Shown here one piece after another: positions 28,832-38,491 of a stretch of 64,000 nucleotides of DNA. Location of the stretch: positions 110,403-174,402 of the forward strand of contig CAWJRG010000011.1 of the NCBI GenBank assembly GCA_963845185.1, in the 5' to 3' direction. This DNA is from an uncultured bacterium (lineage in GTDB: Bacteria; Oederibacteriota; PGYV01; CAWJRG01). The notes beneath the pieces were generated by a model. The model had not been told where the DNA came from and searched no databases. It saw nothing but the letters and a program-made list of their open reading frames with translations. Position 1 is the stretch's first letter, and each line of letters begins with the position of its first letter. The position numbers and the translations under genes were made by a program.

Positions 28832-31726
28832 TTAAAATCCAGGCGACAGCATATTATAAGTTACCGGCCCATATTCCTGCCAGCCGCTTCTTTTATACAT
28901 TAACCTTAATGTTGAGCCCGGACCCGATTGAGTTAATACATACTTATAAGCTGCTGTAACTTTTATTCGTTTTTTACCTTTTCCCAAATTTACCGCAATT
29001 GTATGCTCTTTCCCGTTTTCCCGTTTAAAAACAATATTATTGTCTATATTTATACTGCAATCATAAGGCCCGTTAAGCAAAAAAGCATATGTGTTTGTAT
29101 TATCTATATTTATATAACCGTTCCAACTGATATTATAATTCTTCTCCAGTTCTTCTTCCCCGCCTGCAAGCTTGCTTGCAGGCCTCTGGTGAAAATAATA
29201 CAGCCTGTAATCTATGACAGGCTCAAGCTCTTTATATATGACTTTTCCTTTGTCAAGATATACAGCATTTAACCCAAAAATCTTACTTGAATTTATCAGA
29301 TAACAGCGCTGCAGCTCCGACAAGGTGGCGTCCTCCTTTTTTTTCCACTTGACTTTTACAGTCTGGGCATAATACTTCCCGAGAATAATTTTTATCCTGT
29401 GCAGGCCTTTGTAAAGCTCGACAGGCCCGTTTGCCAGGCTCCCGTTGATAAATAATTGGCCTGGCGCGCCTTCGACCTGGAACTGATAAATTCCGTAATC
29501 TGGCACATCAACCATCCCGTTTATTTCAGCCCTGTCAAATTCAATGCCTTCAGCCCGCATAGGAAAAAATATCGGCATTTCTTTAATTTCTTTCCCTCCT
29601 TTGAAAAACTTTGCGCTAAGCGAAAATTTTTCATCAATGTCTTTCTTGGGTATCTCTGCAATGCTAAGCCTCGCAAACTTCACTTCGTCGTCGTATATAT
29701 AAAAAGTGGTTAATCCCATGTTTAAATCTATTGTTTTATCAGGGTATTTCCATCCATAACAATATTTAAGGCTCGAGTTTTTGTCAAACTGCCAGTAGCT
29801 GTTGTCCCATAATGTCTGTATTTCCGCGTCGGGAAAATATTCCTTGTAAACCGGCAACAGCTTGTGGTATATGCCCTCTCCTATTACAACCGCGCCGTTT
29901 GCTTTATTGTCATAAAGTTTAAAAAGCTCAAAAAGGGATATGTCTTCATGCGAAACAAACTCCTGCAATTTCGGCGCAGACAAATCCTCCATCATGTTGT
30001 AATAATTATTATTTTCCAAAAAGTTTGAAACCAGCATGTGTCTGTCTGTATTTTTTAGCAGGCAATCAGCGGTCAACTTATAAACATACCTGTAATTGCT
30101 TTGAGTATCTGGGTCATTCGGGAAAACCACAAAATAATTGTGCAGGTTGCAAAAAGCAAACCAGCTGAATATATAAACAAGAACTAAAGGCATAACGTAT
30201 TTCAGGATTTTTGGCCAGAAACTTTCAATTTTAGCCCAGCTGCGCTCTATGCCCAATGCCAGAGTTATCATAATCGCAGGTATTGCCAGTACAACCCTGC
30301 CCGGATATGGGTCGTACGTCCCGTATTGCGACATAAACCCCGGTAGCAGCCCGAAAAATAGCCATAGCATGACAAAAGAACTCGCCTGTCTTTTCCATGT
30401 AAATAACAGGTAACCCAGCCCTGCCAGCATTAAAACCGATATAAAAGCGTCGAAAAACGGTACACCCGGCAAGTTAAACCCGTTTCCAACTGCCGCAGCA
30501 GTAAAGAACATCTGTATTTCGTTTATAGTGTGCTGTATTAAATCCTTGTATTCGCTGCCTTTCGGAACAATTGAAGTTATAATCGCGAATTGCTGTATCC
30601 TTTTAAAGTATAAATCCGGGTAATGTACCATGTAATCAATGACAGGCAGGAACACTAGTATCATTGACGCTGCCATAAGCGCCATGCCTCTCCAGTTTGC
30701 TGCCAGGCCTTTCCTGCTTTCCTTGCCAGTAAACAACAGTACCAGATAAAATATAATTACCAGCGGCGACGCTTTTGCCGCGCTGTAAAAATACAGCCCC
30801 AGGCCAAGTATAACCCCTGACGCAATAAAATATTCCGGATTTCCGCGCTTTATTGCCTTGATAAAAAAATAGTATCCTGCGGCTGCCAGGCATGGCACAG
30901 GTATCCACAGATTGGCCATCCTGCTGAAAAAAATTTGCATAAAAAAGCATGACAAAAACATCGAAGCAAGCACTGCAGCGCGCCTGTTGAAAATCTCCTT
31001 TACGGTTAGATAAACAAACACAACTTCTGCCGAGCCGAAAATGACTGAAATCCATTTCGCTGTCACTATGTTTATCCCGAATATCTTGCCTGCCAGCGTA
31101 ATAATATAAAAGTACAGCAGCGTCAGCCCGTTGTAAAGCCAGGAGTCCTGCACCACCTGCAGGATTTCGCCTTTTCCGAGCCTTTGTGCCATTGAAATAG
31201 TTGAATTTTCATCCAGGTGAAGCCCCGGAGGGATGTCCATAAGTTTCCAGCTGAAAATTATCATGCTCAAAATAAATACGGCAATGCAATATACCCTGTC
31301 GAATAATTCTCCCTTTTTTTCTTCCGGCTTTTCAATAAAATAGCTTTCTCCAGCTCTTGCCATGCCAAACAGCAGGCTGCCAAGCGCAAAGAATATTACT
31401 GAAATTTTGATATTGTATGCCTGCAGGCCGGTAAAAGCAAAATAATACAAAAAAAAAGAGGCGGTTACGCAAAGAATGGATATGATTTTCAGATTGGTTG
31501 AAGGCTCTTTAACGGCAGTTTTTTCTTCCGGTGCTTTATTCCGCCCTCTCAACCTGAATATATAGACCAGCTGGATAATCATGCATACATATGCGGCAAC
31601 CGCAAGGAAAGAATGGTTGGTTTTTACAAAAACCAGGCCTAGCAGGCCCAGCGCAATTGCTGAAAATGATTTTAAAAAGATTTTTTTTAAAGGCTGCGGC
31701 GTGTATACGGGTATAACAGGCATCAT
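28832..31726 (-). CDS. GT39/ArnT-like (PMT_2) membrane glycosyltransferase with C-terminal PA14-like domains
   Basis: PPGLHLDE motif after TM helices, many TMs, then soluble beta domains (NISWNGYINI..YAF..). Confidence 0.75.
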   Translation of the reverse strand: MMPVIPVYTPQPLKKIFLKSFSAIALGLLGLVFVKTNHSFLAVAAYVCMIIQLVYIFRLRGRNKAPEEKTAVKEPSTNLKIISILCVTASFFLYYFAFTGLQAYNIKISVIFFALGSLLFGMARAGESYFIEKPEEKKGELFDRVYCIAVFILSMIIFSWKLMDIPPGLHLDENSTISMAQRLGKGEILQVVQDSWLYNGLTLLYFYIITLAGKIFGINIVTAKWISVIFGSAEVVFVYLTVKEIFNRRAAVLASMFLSCFFMQIFFSRMANLWIPVPCLAAAGYYFFIKAIKRGNPEYFIASGVILGLGLYFYSAAKASPLVIIFYLVLLFTGKESRKGLAANWRGMALMAASMILVFLPVIDYMVHYPDLYFKRIQQFAIITSIVPKGSEYKDLIQHTINEIQMFFTAAAVGNGFNLPGVPFFDAFISVLMLAGLGYLLFTWKRQASSFVMLWLFFGLLPGFMSQYGTYDPYPGRVVLAIPAIMITLALGIERSWAKIESFWPKILKYVMPLVLVYIFSWFAFCNLHNYFVVFPNDPDTQSNYRYVYKLTADCLLKNTDRHMLVSNFLENNNYYNMMEDLSAPKLQEFVSHEDISLFELFKLYDNKANGAVVIGEGIYHKLLPVYKEYFPDAEIQTLWDNSYWQFDKNSSLKYCYGWKYPDKTIDLNMGLTTFYIYDDEVKFARLSIAEIPKKDIDEKFSLSAKFFKGGKEIKEMPIFFPMRAEGIEFDRAEINGMVDVPDYGIYQFQVEGAPGQLFINGSLANGPVELYKGLHRIKIILGKYYAQTVKVKWKKKEDATLSELQRCYLINSSKIFGLNAVYLDKGKVIYKELEPVIDYRLYYFHQRPASKLAGGEEELEKNYNISWNGYINIDNTNTYAFLLNGPYDCSINIDNNIVFKRENGKEHTIAVNLGKGKKRIKVTAAYKYVLTQSGPGSTLRLMYKRSGWQEYGPVTYNMLSPGF

Positions 31727-33312
31727 TTCAAGACAGCCACTTTACCCATGTATTTTGTTTTCTCTCCCCTTTGGGTAACTGCTTCTATAGAATAAATATA
31801 AATGCCCGATGCCACTTTTTTATTGCTGTTATTATCGCAGTTCCAGGTGATATTTTTGAGGCGTATGGACGGGGTCATACCATAATTGTAATTAATGTCG
31901 TTAAATGCGGTTGAAATCTTTTTTATTGTTTCGCCCGAGACGTCATAGATAACAAGGTTTACCTGCGCTGATGTGGAAAGCCCGAAAATAAAATTGGTTT
32001 GTTTCTGCGCAGGGTTTGGATATGTGCCTTTAAAAGTAAATGACAGCGGCACCGGCGTTGGAGTTATCGTAGGTGTAATTGTTACCGTACATGTCAAAAT
32101 AGTCGTTGTTGTTGTATTTGAATAAGTTACTTCGTCATAATTCCAGTAAGGATCAAAAAACATGCTTTCTGCAACATTGTCCACTTCCACGCCTTGGCAA
32201 GGGTTTGAGTAGACGCTGAACCACTGGCTGTAAGCAGTATACGTGTTAGTGATGTTGCCGATATTCCACCATATTACATTGCCTGCGGTGTTATAACCCG
32301 CCGACGCATTAATAAAAATTGAGTTCCATGGAATAGTGTCCCAAATATTAATATTGCCGGGTACTGCGCTGCCGGTATTAGAATAGGTGAGTGTATAGGT
32401 CAGCGTATCGCCGTACATTATATTCTGCGTTTTGTCCACGGATTTTAATATGTCCACATGCGCGCCCGAAACATCGGGTATGCCGTAATATATTATAAAA
32501 GTTGATTCTGCGCCGGCAGTATAAGTGGTCGGCCCCCAGTACATTGCCGCGGCTGTATCGGTTATTGGCCCTGGTGTCAATGCATATGTCCACAGGTCAG
32601 CGTCATCTGCCATGCTAAACCATTTGCCTATTACAAGCATATCGGGTTTTGTCGCTTGTGGCACGAAGACACCTCCTGTGCTAAGGCCGCATTCTGCCTC
32701 AACCGAATAATTATCGAGGCTATAAAATGTCTTCCATGAGTCACCTATCGGGCCGCTGTCAGGCCATTCTGTTTCCTGTGCTACAAGGCCATAACCCTGT
32801 TCTGCGATTGGCGCAGCATCATTGCCGGGTGCCGTACTATTTAGTGTAAGAAAGGTATCAAGCACTATCCTTATCCCTATATCGTGGGATACAGTAGTGC
32901 TTGTATTTTGAACTGTATATTCTATTTGTATTGTGTCCGGATGGTTCCCTGTCCTCGGGTTTGGCACAATGGAAAGCTGCTCTTGTACCCATACGTCATT
33001 AATCTGCCATGAGGAAACATTTACAGTATTACCGCTTAAATACTGGTATTGGGGCGTTGTTAAATTTCCGCCCTCTTCGCTCGAGTCTCCGTAAATATAA
33101 TCGACACCGTCCACCATGATTGTTGTGAATGTGGTTTCTATGTTGTCAGGGAATCCATAAAGCAGGCTCTGACCGCTGCCTGTACCTATGACATACCTTG
33201 CGTTAGAAGTACTTACTTCCAGGTCTATATATTGGTTTGAGATGGCAGGCACGCTTGCCGCGCAGATAAAGGTAAACATTATTATGGCTGTAAGCAGGGT
33301 TATTCCGCGCAT
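31723..33312 (-). CDS. Secreted protein with DUF11-like domain, Thr-Pro linker and T9SS-type/FlgD-like C-terminal domain
   Basis: Signal peptide; ILKSVDK..GDTLTYTLTYSNTG; TITPTITPTP; YPNP..IYDVSGE..W..KKVASGIYIY..KVAVLK. Confidence 0.75.
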   Translation of the reverse strand: MRGITLLTAIIMFTFICAASVPAISNQYIDLEVSTSNARYVIGTGSGQSLLYGFPDNIETTFTTIMVDGVDYIYGDSSEEGGNLTTPQYQYLSGNTVNVSSWQINDVWVQEQLSIVPNPRTGNHPDTIQIEYTVQNTSTTVSHDIGIRIVLDTFLTLNSTAPGNDAAPIAEQGYGLVAQETEWPDSGPIGDSWKTFYSLDNYSVEAECGLSTGGVFVPQATKPDMLVIGKWFSMADDADLWTYALTPGPITDTAAAMYWGPTTYTAGAESTFIIYYGIPDVSGAHVDILKSVDKTQNIMYGDTLTYTLTYSNTGSAVPGNINIWDTIPWNSIFINASAGYNTAGNVIWWNIGNITNTYTAYSQWFSVYSNPCQGVEVDNVAESMFFDPYWNYDEVTYSNTTTTTILTCTVTITPTITPTPVPLSFTFKGTYPNPAQKQTNFIFGLSTSAQVNLVIYDVSGETIKKISTAFNDINYNYGMTPSIRLKNITWNCDNNSNKKVASGIYIYSIEAVTQRGEKTKYMGKVAVLK

Positions 33313-33334
33313 TTATCGCCTCTTTTTTCCTTCA

Positions 33335-34519
33335 CTAACTATAATCTGCGTTTATTTTCACGTAATCAACAGATAGGTCTGTGGTAAGCAGGTAATAATC
33401 CTGTCGCCCTGCTTTTAAATCAAGCGTGATTTCAATTCTCTTCTTTTTAAGTTCCTGCCCGGCTTTATTGTAATTTTTCAAAATAATTCCGCCACCGCTG
33501 ATAATCGAGATATTGCCTATTTTCAACGCTATTTTATTAATGTCCACCGGTTCAAAAGTCTGCCCCAGCGCGCTTATTATCCTGCCCGGGTTAATGGATT
33601 CTCCAAAAAACATGCATTTTACAAGGGGCGAATTCGCTATCTGCCTTGCTATTTTCTCAGCTTGTTTTATGTCTTTCGCGTTTTTTATATTTATTTTTAT
33701 TAATTTTGTCGTGCCCTCGCCGTCTGAAACCATATCATCCGCAAGGGAATAAAATATCCTGCATAAAACGTTTTTAAACTTTTCATATTCCGGGCCGTAG
33801 CCTGATATTTTTTTGTTTTGGGCCCGGGCATTGGCAAGTACATAAACAGTGTCATTTGGGCTCATGTCCCCGTCAACCGTAATCCTGTTAAAAGAAAGTT
33901 TTATTGCTTCATAAGCAGCTGCTTTCAGCATTGGTTTTGATATGTTCACGTCCGTCATAGTAAAAACAAGCATGGTAGCCATATCCGGCGATATCATACC
34001 TGCCCCTTTGGCAGCCGCAGTTATTATGCATTTTTTGCCGGCAATATTCAATGTTTCAGAAACGGTTTTTACCTTTGTATCCGTGGTCATTATGGCTTTC
34101 GGGAAATTTCTGTCTTTTCCGGAAAGTCCTGCTGTAAGTAGGATTAGGTTTTCGATTATGCTTTTAACCGGCAATAATTTGCATATTTTGCCTGTTGAAG
34201 CGCCGAGGATTGTGTTGGCTTTGACTTTCAGCAGTTTGCTTAAGTTTACGATTATTTTTTCCAGGTCCTTTATCCCCTGCTTGCCTGTAAGGGCATTGGC
34301 GCTGCCGCTGTTGGCAAATACGGCCCTTATGTTGTTTTTTAGTATTTTCTTCGCATGCAGTATATGGGCACTCTTTAACCTGTTCCTGGTAAAAAAAGCC
34401 GCGGCCTCGCACGGTGTATCCGAATAAATAAGCCCGGCGTCAAGGCTTTTGCCTTTTTTTATGCCGGCATGTATCCCGCTGCTTTTGAAACCTTTCGGCA
34501 GCAGGTATTCTTTCTTCAT
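33335..34519 (-). CDS. argJ: Bifunctional ornithine acetyltransferase / N-acetylglutamate synthase
   Basis: AIMTTDT, KGAGMISPDMATML, DGEG, NSPLVK, YVKINADY. Confidence 0.93.
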   Translation of the reverse strand: MKKEYLLPKGFKSSGIHAGIKKGKSLDAGLIYSDTPCEAAAFFTRNRLKSAHILHAKKILKNNIRAVFANSGSANALTGKQGIKDLEKIIVNLSKLLKVKANTILGASTGKICKLLPVKSIIENLILLTAGLSGKDRNFPKAIMTTDTKVKTVSETLNIAGKKCIITAAAKGAGMISPDMATMLVFTMTDVNISKPMLKAAAYEAIKLSFNRITVDGDMSPNDTVYVLANARAQNKKISGYGPEYEKFKNVLCRIFYSLADDMVSDGEGTTKLIKINIKNAKDIKQAEKIARQIANSPLVKCMFFGESINPGRIISALGQTFEPVDINKIALKIGNISIISGGGIILKNYNKAGQELKKKRIEITLDLKAGRQDYYLLTTDLSVDYVKINADYS

Positions 34520-35526
34520 GCAAGGCCTTCTTTTTCATCCATGCCGAACATTATGTTCATATTCTGCACCGCCTGACCCGAGGCGCCTTTCACAAGGTTG
34601 TCAATTGTTGTAATAACTATAAGGGTCTTGCTCTCTTTTACTCCGTCAATGCATATTTCGCAGAAATTGGTATTTTGCACGTTATGAACGCTCGCACTAT
34701 CCACCATCCTGACAAATGGCTCGTCTTTGTAGTAATCAGTGTATATTTTTTTTACCGAGTCAATGTCCTTCCATGTTTTTAGCTTAATGTAAATGCAACT
34801 CAATATGCCGCTTGATATAGGGACGACTTGAGGAGTAAATATAATATCCGGTTTATTTTTAAATTCCCTGAAGATAACATCTTCCACTTCAGCAAGATGC
34901 CTGTGCTTCCTTCCGACTTTATATGGCACAACGTTTTCATTTACATACAAATAATGGTTTGTCGGAGCGGGAGTTATTCCTGCTCCGGAAACGCTTGATT
35001 TAGCATCTATTATAATGCTTTCCACGCTGAGTTTTTTTAAGGCCGGGATTATGCCAAGAAGTATTGACGTTGGGTAACATCCCGGGTTGGCAAGTATACT
35101 GGTTTTTTTTATTTCTTCGCGGTACAACTCAGGCAAGCCGTAAACGGCCTGTTTTAAGAGCGCCTTGTATTCATGCTCCTTGCCGTACCATTTTTTATAG
35201 CTTTCCGGGTCTTTAATCCTGAAATCCGCGCTTAAATCTATCACTTTTATCTTTTTTCCCGCAAATTTATTTACAAAGCCCATTGCCGCCGCATGCGGTA
35301 GGCAGACAAATGCAACATCCACGCCTGAATATATATCTTCTTCGCCGGCATTCATGAATTTGCCGTCAATCATGCTTGCCAGTTCTGGGAAAACCTTAAT
35401 TATGTCTGCGCCGGGATATTCAAGCGATGTAACATAATTGATTTTAACCCGGCTGTGCCTTGCAAGTATTTTTATCAGCTCTTTCCCGGTAAGTCCGGAG
35501 CCTCCTATAATTCCTGCCTTAATCAT
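34516..35526 (-). CDS. argC: N-acetyl-gamma-glutamyl-phosphate reductase
   Basis: IDLSADFR, ANPGCYPT, DNLVKGASGQAVQNMN; start at MIKAG with AAGGAG SD. Confidence 0.95.
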   Translation of the reverse strand: MIKAGIIGGSGLTGKELIKILARHSRVKINYVTSLEYPGADIIKVFPELASMIDGKFMNAGEEDIYSGVDVAFVCLPHAAAMGFVNKFAGKKIKVIDLSADFRIKDPESYKKWYGKEHEYKALLKQAVYGLPELYREEIKKTSILANPGCYPTSILLGIIPALKKLSVESIIIDAKSSVSGAGITPAPTNHYLYVNENVVPYKVGRKHRHLAEVEDVIFREFKNKPDIIFTPQVVPISSGILSCIYIKLKTWKDIDSVKKIYTDYYKDEPFVRMVDSASVHNVQNTNFCEICIDGVKESKTLIVITTIDNLVKGASGQAVQNMNIMFGMDEKEGLA

Positions 35527-35604
35527 TTTTAGTCTCCTTATAGTTCTTACCTTATCCAAAATTTATTGTGTTCCTTCATTTTAAACTTCAGATTTAAAAA
35601 CCTT

Positions 35605-35639
35605 TATATTTGGAATTTGCAACCTGAAATTTGAAATTC
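35605..35639 (-). repeat. 7-nt periodic tract after the SurA-like gene stop
   Basis: Minus strand gaatttc aaatttc aggttgc aaattcc aaatata. Confidence 0.45.
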
Positions 35640-36617
35640 CTACTTGTCCATATATTTAATGTAAGCCTGCTCTTTTGCTTTTGTCGTCCATTCATCCCAC
35701 ATTTTTTCAACTTTTCCTTCAATAACTTTTATTCTTACCTTATCGCGGATATCTTCGAAAACCGCGTCTTTCCCACCTTTCGAATCCACAAGTTTAACAA
35801 TAAGATATCCGTTGTTTGTTTCTATCGGAGAGCTGAAAGCGCCTTTCTTTAACTTCGCAACGGCCTTTTTTACGCTCTCGTCAAGGTTTGTGGTATCTAT
35901 CCATCCAAGCTCTCCTGCCGCAACCGTTTTATCGCTTTTCATTTCCTTGATTACATCTTCAAATTTTACTCCTGTTTGTAGTTTCGAGTAAGTATCGCCG
36001 GCCTTCTTCTTAATATCGGAGTTTCCGGCTTTTACTTTATCAAAAAATATCTGGGATATATTGACTTCGTCATCGGTTTTAAAATCGTCCTTGTTCTCGC
36101 TGAAATATTTTTTTATTTCTTCGTCGCTCACAGCCGCTTTTGCTATAAAATCCTGCTGTTTTTTTTGTTTGACTTTTGTAAAAATAAGATTGTCACGCAC
36201 CTGAGCCTCTATCTTTATCCTGAAATCCGAATAACTCATGCCTTCTTTTGCCAAAGCATCCTCAAATTCCGATTCGCTACCGAACTTATTACGCAAATTG
36301 TCTATAAAATCGTTTGCTTTATCCGCCACAGCCTCGTCGCTCACCTCAATGCTTTCATCTTTTGCCATTGTAATAATCAGTTTTTGCTCTATAAGGTTCT
36401 GCAGCATTTTGTCTTTCGTGTCTTTCTCGTCTTCCTTTCCGGGTTCCTTTCCCGTGAGTTTAAGCTGTGTATCAAGCAAATTAATTGCCTCATCCAGCTC
36501 ACTCTGGGTTATTATCTCGTTATTGACTATTACTATGATTTTATCCTCAAGTTTTGCTGCCAGTTGCATTGTAAAAAAAATTGCTACCGTTAAAACAAAA
36601 AATGCTGATTTTTTCAT
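35640..36617 (-). CDS. SurA-like periplasmic chaperone/PPIase
   Basis: Signal peptide, DKIIVIVNNEIITQSEL, GELGW, SSPIETNNGYLIVKL. Confidence 0.85.
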   Translation of the reverse strand: MKKSAFFVLTVAIFFTMQLAAKLEDKIIVIVNNEIITQSELDEAINLLDTQLKLTGKEPGKEDEKDTKDKMLQNLIEQKLIITMAKDESIEVSDEAVADKANDFIDNLRNKFGSESEFEDALAKEGMSYSDFRIKIEAQVRDNLIFTKVKQKKQQDFIAKAAVSDEEIKKYFSENKDDFKTDDEVNISQIFFDKVKAGNSDIKKKAGDTYSKLQTGVKFEDVIKEMKSDKTVAAGELGWIDTTNLDESVKKAVAKLKKGAFSSPIETNNGYLIVKLVDSKGGKDAVFEDIRDKVRIKVIEGKVEKMWDEWTTKAKEQAYIKYMDK

Positions 36618-37573
36618 GCTTTTTCCTCCTTGACGAAAATCTTCAAATTATCCTCTAAAATTTCTATTTTGGCGTTTTTTCTCAATTCTTCCATCCAGCT
36701 GTTGAAATATTCATCTTTCTTTTCTTCAAAATAAGTGTGGTAAACCTCGTCTTTTACCTCTTCGAATTTCGGCGTATCTGCCTTTTGTATATCCTCACAC
36801 TTGAATATATGATACCCATAAGCTGATTTCACTATGCCGCTGACTTCCCCCTTTTTTAATTCAAAAACGACATTTGTAATAAATCCCGGCATTTCATTTC
36901 TGCCGAAGTATCCCAGGTCCCCGCCATCTTTTCCCTCGGATGCTATTGAGTACTTTTCCGCCAGGGTTATAAAATCTACGCCGGCTCTGATATTTTCAAG
37001 AATGGCTTTAGCCTTTTCCTCGGTATCAACCAGTATCTGCCTTACCCTCACCTTATCAAAACGCCTGTAATCAATGATGTGTGTCCAGAAATAATCTTTC
37101 AATTCCTCATCCTTAATTTTCACGTGGTCTTTCACTGCATAATTGATTTCTTTTTTAATAAGGAGCTTGTCGTTTATGTCCCTTTTCCAGTCTCCATACT
37201 GAATGCCCGCTGATTTAAGTGTTTTTTTTATTTCCGGCATTGACGAATCAGGCACAAAATTCCTAATTTCCCGGTTCAGTTCAGGGGCGGTCACGCTTAT
37301 TTTATCCTTTTTCGCCTGTTCAAGTATAAGATAATTATTTATAAGCAGGTTTAAAAATCTTTTGACATCATCTTCGTTGTTGATTGTAAGGTTGTAAAGT
37401 TTCGCCTTTAAGCTTACCTGCCTGTCGGTTATTTCATATTTATCCACTCTGGCAAGGATTATCTCTTTCCTGCCGAAACCCTGCCCGCACCCTGTTGACA
37501 GCCAAAGCATAAAAAACGCTGTAATGAAAACCGGAAACCATTTACTTTTTTTTAATAATAATTTAATACACAT
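36614..37573 (-). CDS. Parvulin-type peptidyl-prolyl isomerase, probable lipoprotein
   Basis: LSTGC lipobox-like; RQILV, FITLAEKYS, GGDLGYF, SAYGYHIFK. Confidence 0.88.
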   Translation of the reverse strand: MCIKLLLKKSKWFPVFITAFFMLWLSTGCGQGFGRKEIILARVDKYEITDRQVSLKAKLYNLTINNEDDVKRFLNLLINNYLILEQAKKDKISVTAPELNREIRNFVPDSSMPEIKKTLKSAGIQYGDWKRDINDKLLIKKEINYAVKDHVKIKDEELKDYFWTHIIDYRRFDKVRVRQILVDTEEKAKAILENIRAGVDFITLAEKYSIASEGKDGGDLGYFGRNEMPGFITNVVFELKKGEVSGIVKSAYGYHIFKCEDIQKADTPKFEEVKDEVYHTYFEEKKDEYFNSWMEELRKNAKIEILEDNLKIFVKEEKA

Positions 37574-37611
37574 AATTAAAAACCTTTACTTTAAAATCAA
37601 TTTTCCTCAGT

Positions 37612-38331
37612 TTACTTTTTGCCAGCCTTGTCCGTTCCCGCTTTAGGAGCCGCCTGTTTTCCTTCATTGGGCTCAAGCACTTTAAGGTTTGCGCCTGCGT
37701 CGGTAAGAGGAGGCGCTCCAAGCTCATTTTCGTTTATTTTAATATTTGCGGTTTTTTTCAGGCTATCAAGCCACTTTTCTCTAGCTACCGAAAGTTTTAC
37801 CTGATCCTTAATTCCTGACAGCGGCTTGATTACCGCATTTGGATCCTGAGCTTTCGCGTTTTTTACATACTGGTCATAGCCGTCTTTTATCTCCTTGTCT
37901 GATACCTCGATACCCTTATAATCCTTGTTTTTCAAAACCTCGTTAATAAGCACTTCCTTTTTTGAGTCTTCCGATACTTTTTCAAGCTGTTTTTTCAGGC
38001 TAAAAATCTGTGTTTCTATGTCCTTTTTCATTTCGTCTTCATATTCCTTTATTTTCGCCTGAATTTCAGCTTTTGCGGTAAGACCTTCCTTTTCAGCTTC
38101 CTGTATTACGAGTTCCCTTGTTATCATGGAATCCAGGATCCTCTTTTTACCTTCTCTGTTCATCATAAACATTTTGTACTGTGCCGGTATGTTATCCATC
38201 TCCGCGTCTAATTCATCCGAAGTTATAGCCTGTCCGTTTACGGTCGCAACTACATTGCCTTTTTTTGACATATTGCATGCTGCCGCTGCAAACAGCACAA
38301 TAACTATTGCAATAAAAACAAGTCTTTTCAT
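37612..38331 (-). CDS. SurA N-terminal-domain / PrsA-like lipoprotein
   Basis: AAAC lipobox; VVATVNGQAIT; ILDSMITRELVIQEAEKEG; no clear PPIase core. Confidence 0.75.
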   Translation of the reverse strand: MKRLVFIAIVIVLFAAAACNMSKKGNVVATVNGQAITSDELDAEMDNIPAQYKMFMMNREGKKRILDSMITRELVIQEAEKEGLTAKAEIQAKIKEYEDEMKKDIETQIFSLKKQLEKVSEDSKKEVLINEVLKNKDYKGIEVSDKEIKDGYDQYVKNAKAQDPNAVIKPLSGIKDQVKLSVAREKWLDSLKKTANIKINENELGAPPLTDAGANLKVLEPNEGKQAAPKAGTDKAGKK

Positions 38332-38412
38332 GTTATCTCCTTTTTAATTTTTTAAATTTTATTAAAAACAGCAGTTTCCTCCTTTCAAAATATTTTAATT
38401 GTAATTTATCTA

Positions 38413-38441
38413 AATTTACCACAGTAAAAGGTTGAATGCAA
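38413..38441 (-). promoter_or_regulatory. Possible promoter for the PPIase-argCJ operon
   Basis: TTGCAT-N17-TAAATT with TG extension. Confidence 0.4.
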
Positions 38442-38491
38442 GTTATTTGTAGGGTATTTTACGCTACAGTCTGCGTGTAAGCGGTTAAAAA

